A DNA stretch of 62,860 nt, filler included, from a bacterium (GTDB taxonomy: Bacteria > UBP18 > UBA7526), in NCBI GenBank assembly GCA_030615855.1. It is 5 parts of 5 records of this genome, joined end to end, with 100 filler letters (N's around TTAATTAATTAA, not from the genome) between each part and the next. Parts side by side here need not be neighbours in the genome. Positions count along the whole stretch, not along the records: positions 60,478 to 62,860 come from JAUWYL010000003.1; 4 more parts are not named here. One strand, given 5' to 3'. The notes below the pieces were generated by a model, which saw only the letters and a program-made list of their open reading frames with translations, was not told the DNA's origin and made no database searches. Below are positions 60,378 to 62,860 of the stretch, one piece after another (the first letter of the stretch is position 1; the number at the start of each line of letters is the position of its first letter). Made by a program: the position numbers and the translations under genes.

Positions 60378-60477
60378 NNNNNNNNNNNNNNNNNNNNNNN
60401 NNNNNNNNNNNNNNNNNNNNNTTAATTAATTAANNNNNNNNNNNNNNNNNNNNNNNNNNNNNNNNNNNNNNNNNNNN

Positions 60478-61738
60478 TAGGAATGAGGCATCTCTTAAAG
60501 CCCAGCTTCTCTGCCTCCCTTATCCTTAAAGGTACCCGGTTGATACTGCGCACCTCCCCGCTTAAGCCCACCTCGCCCAAAGCAACCAGATTGGGATCGA
60601 TGGCCTTATTCTTAAGACTGGAGGCCACAGCCAATATCATAGAGAGATCCACCGCTGGTTCATAAACCCTCAATCCCCCAGCAACATTTAGAAAGACATC
60701 CTTATTCCCCAGTTTCAATCCCGCCCTCTTCTCCAAGACGGCTAATAAAAGGGAGGCACGGTTATAGTCCAGTCCAGTCGTCCTTCTCTGGGGTAAGGCG
60801 AAACTGGAGGGACTCACCAGGGCCTGGATCTCAACCAAGAGGGGCCTGGTTCCTTCCAAGGTGGCGGTGATGCAGGAGCCAGAGGCGCCTTCTGCCCTCT
60901 CCTCTAAGAGGATCCTTGAAGGATTCCTCACCTCAGCCAAGCCATCTTCTTTCATCTCAAAGATTCCCACCTCATTCGTGGAGCCAAACCTATTCTTCAC
61001 TGCCCTCAGGATTCTATAGGTATACTCTTTTTCTCCCTCAAAGTATAAGACAGTATCAACCATATGCTCTAAGACCTTGGGACCAGCTAAGACTCCTCCC
61101 TTAGTCACATGGCCGATCAAGAAGATAGGGATATTCATGCTCTTTGCTAAATAGAGAAGCTCGGCACAAGACTCCTTTAACTGTATGATGCTTCCCGGGG
61201 TAAAGGGAAGATCCGATTTATAGACCGCCTGAATGGAATCGACAACCACAGATCTTGGCTTTAAGTCCTCAATATATTTCGTAGTCTCCTCAATGCTCGT
61301 GGTGGCTAAGATATGAAGTCTGGAAGAGTTTACTCCTATCCTCTGGGCCCTGAGCTTCGTCTGGGTGAGTGATTCTTCACCCGAGGCATAGAGGACCAGA
61401 CCGGATTTACTGCTCAGGTTATTCATGGCCTGAAGAAGGAGGGTGGACTTCCCGATCCCCGGGTCCCCACCGATTAAGACTACTGAGCCCGGAACTAATC
61501 CCCCTCCCAAGACCCTATCGAACTCCCCCATCCCGGTTTTTAGCCTCCCCTCCTCATCCATCTTAATCTCTGATATTGCCTGGGGCTTGGCCTTCGTCTT
61601 AAATACCCGATGCTTGAACTTGGAGGGTGGGGCCTCTTTCGTCTCAGTGAAGGTATTCCAACTTCCACATCCCGGGCACCTCCCCAGCCACTTTATAGAT
61701 TCATAGCCACACTCTGCACAGAAATACTTCGTCTTCAC
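60478..61738 (-). CDS. radA: DNA repair protein RadA/Sms (3' truncated)
   Basis: CAECG...CPGC, GGDPGIGKSTLL and KNRFG. Confidence 0.97.
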
Positions 61739-61853
61739 CCCGCACCTTTTTTAATAAAATTTTGTATTCTACTTGGCAAGACAAATAAAAAGCTTCTCAT
61801 TTCCCTATTTCCAAAAGATAAATTATAGAACATGGTAAAAGGTGCGGGGTTCA
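61734..61853. mobile_element. TIR element at the mlaD/radA junction
   Basis: ttcaccccgcacctttt...aaaaggtgcggggttca. Confidence 0.75.
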
Positions 61854-62483
61854 TTTCTTCTTCTCTTTTCCCTTCCGAAATAGTTTCCAGGGATGCTCCT
61901 TCACATCTTCAGATAAGTCTCTCAAATTCCTGATCATGGCATTGAGGTTGTCATAGAGTTCCTCATCAGCCACTAACTTCCCTACTGTTCCTTTCCCCCC
62001 CCTTATGGAAGAGATGATGCCTCCCAAATCCTCCATAGCCTCTCCCGCACTGGAGAACACCTCACTTATGTCTACCGCATCTTTACCAATTAAAGTAGCC
62101 CCAGACTTGATGATTGGGGCATCCAGGGAACCAGGGGTGATCTCAATATACTTTTCTCCCAAGAGGCCCACCGTGGTTATAGAGAACTGGGCATTCTCCC
62201 GCAATTGAATGGCTTCCTTTAAGGAAATGGTGGCTTCCACCTTGGTAGTGGGCTCCTGGATGAATCGTATCCTCTCCACCTGCCCCACCTTTACCCCAGC
62301 CAATCTAACGGGAGCGGTCTCCTTCAGGCCGCCAACAAAATTGAAGATGACCTTTACAGTATATTCCTTGGTCCGGAAGCCCCTGACTTCACCCTCCTTG
62401 ACGATAAAGGCCGAGAAGATTAGAATCACAATTGCCATGGCTACCACAATCCCTACTTTCACCTCATTAGTAAAGAATTTCAT
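61851..62483 (-). CDS. mlaD: MlaD/MCE family protein
   Basis: GL...APVRLAGVKVG.V, GLLGEKYIEI.PG. Confidence 0.88.
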   Translation of the reverse strand: MKFFTNEVKVGIVVAMAIVILIFSAFIVKEGEVRGFRTKEYTVKVIFNFVGGLKETAPVRLAGVKVGQVERIRFIQEPTTKVEATISLKEAIQLRENAQFSITTVGLLGEKYIEITPGSLDAPIIKSGATLIGKDAVDISEVFSSAGEAMEDLGGIISSIRGGKGTVGKLVADEELYDNLNAMIRNLRDLSEDVKEHPWKLFRKGKEKKK

Positions 62484-62495
62484 CTTATACCTCCT

Positions 62496-62602
62496 GTTAT
62501 TCGGTTACGGTTAAGGTTACGATGCCCGTTTCGTCTTTCGGTTATGGTTACGTTACTACCTAACCCTTTGACGTTACCGATACGGGCCTCGTTGCCGTAA
62601 CC
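62496..62602. repeat. Inverted copy of the conserved-frame element with (ggtta) units
   Basis: Reverse complement contains aacgtcaaagggtt and agacgaaacgggcatcgtaacc...ccgaataac. Confidence 0.55.
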
Positions 62603-62631
62603 TTTATTCTTAATATTATGCTTCCTAATAA

Positions 62632-62860
62632 TTAGTCGGCAGTAATGGGTCCTATCGCTGCTCCAGTGATGAACTGCCTGACCACAGGATTTTTAGTATT
62701 CTTAATCTCTTTTGGAGTACCGACCTCGATGATCTTTCCTTCATAGAGCATGGCTATTCTGTCCGCAATCTTATAAGCACTGGCCATATCATGGGTAACG
62801 GCGATGGAGGTAATCTTTAACTTATCATGGAGTTCAATAATGAGTTCGTTTATGGCATCC
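62632..62860 (-). CDS. MlaF-like ABC ATPase, 3' fragment
   Basis: Manual translation ITSIAVTHDMASAYKIADRIAML..G....GTP....NPVVRQFI. Confidence 0.85.
   Translation of the reverse strand, partial: DAINELIIELHDKLKITSIAVTHDMASAYKIADRIAMLYEGKIIEVGTPKEIKNTKNPVVRQFITGAAIGPITAD

Overview
The window is five contig pieces (1-22650, 22751-27546, 27647-52858, 52959-60377, 60478-62860) joined by N runs containing an artificial TTAATTAATTAA linker. It comes from a diderm bacterium (Kdo, Lpt and Mla genes), probably anaerobic and from a metagenome assembly; taxonomy cannot be fixed by eye. Housekeeping content: the S10-spc-alpha ribosomal superoperon, thrS-infC-rpmI-rplT with an L20 leader, five tRNAs, gap-pgk-secG, lptFG, metK-pfkB-ahcY, ptsHI, kdsBADC-lptCAB, radA, mlaD/mlaF, and archease-rtcB. 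Two things stand out. (1) An exact 141-nt overlap joins contig 1 to contig 4 and rebuilds one Rex-controlled operon. It couples a sulfhydrogenase-like NAD(P)H diaphorase pair (beta/gamma) and a CbiM/NikM module to an Mrp-linked group 4 [NiFe]-hydrogenase. (2) Many intergenic gaps, and several conserved ORFs, hold a layered set of small non-coding elements: inverted 7-9-mer tandem arrays, TIR elements duplicating TGAA at stop/start junctions, swappable mini-hairpins, and a recurring GAGCNNAGCGAGG motif just ahead of start codons. No mobilising enzyme is visible in the window. All calls are by eye; no database searches were run.
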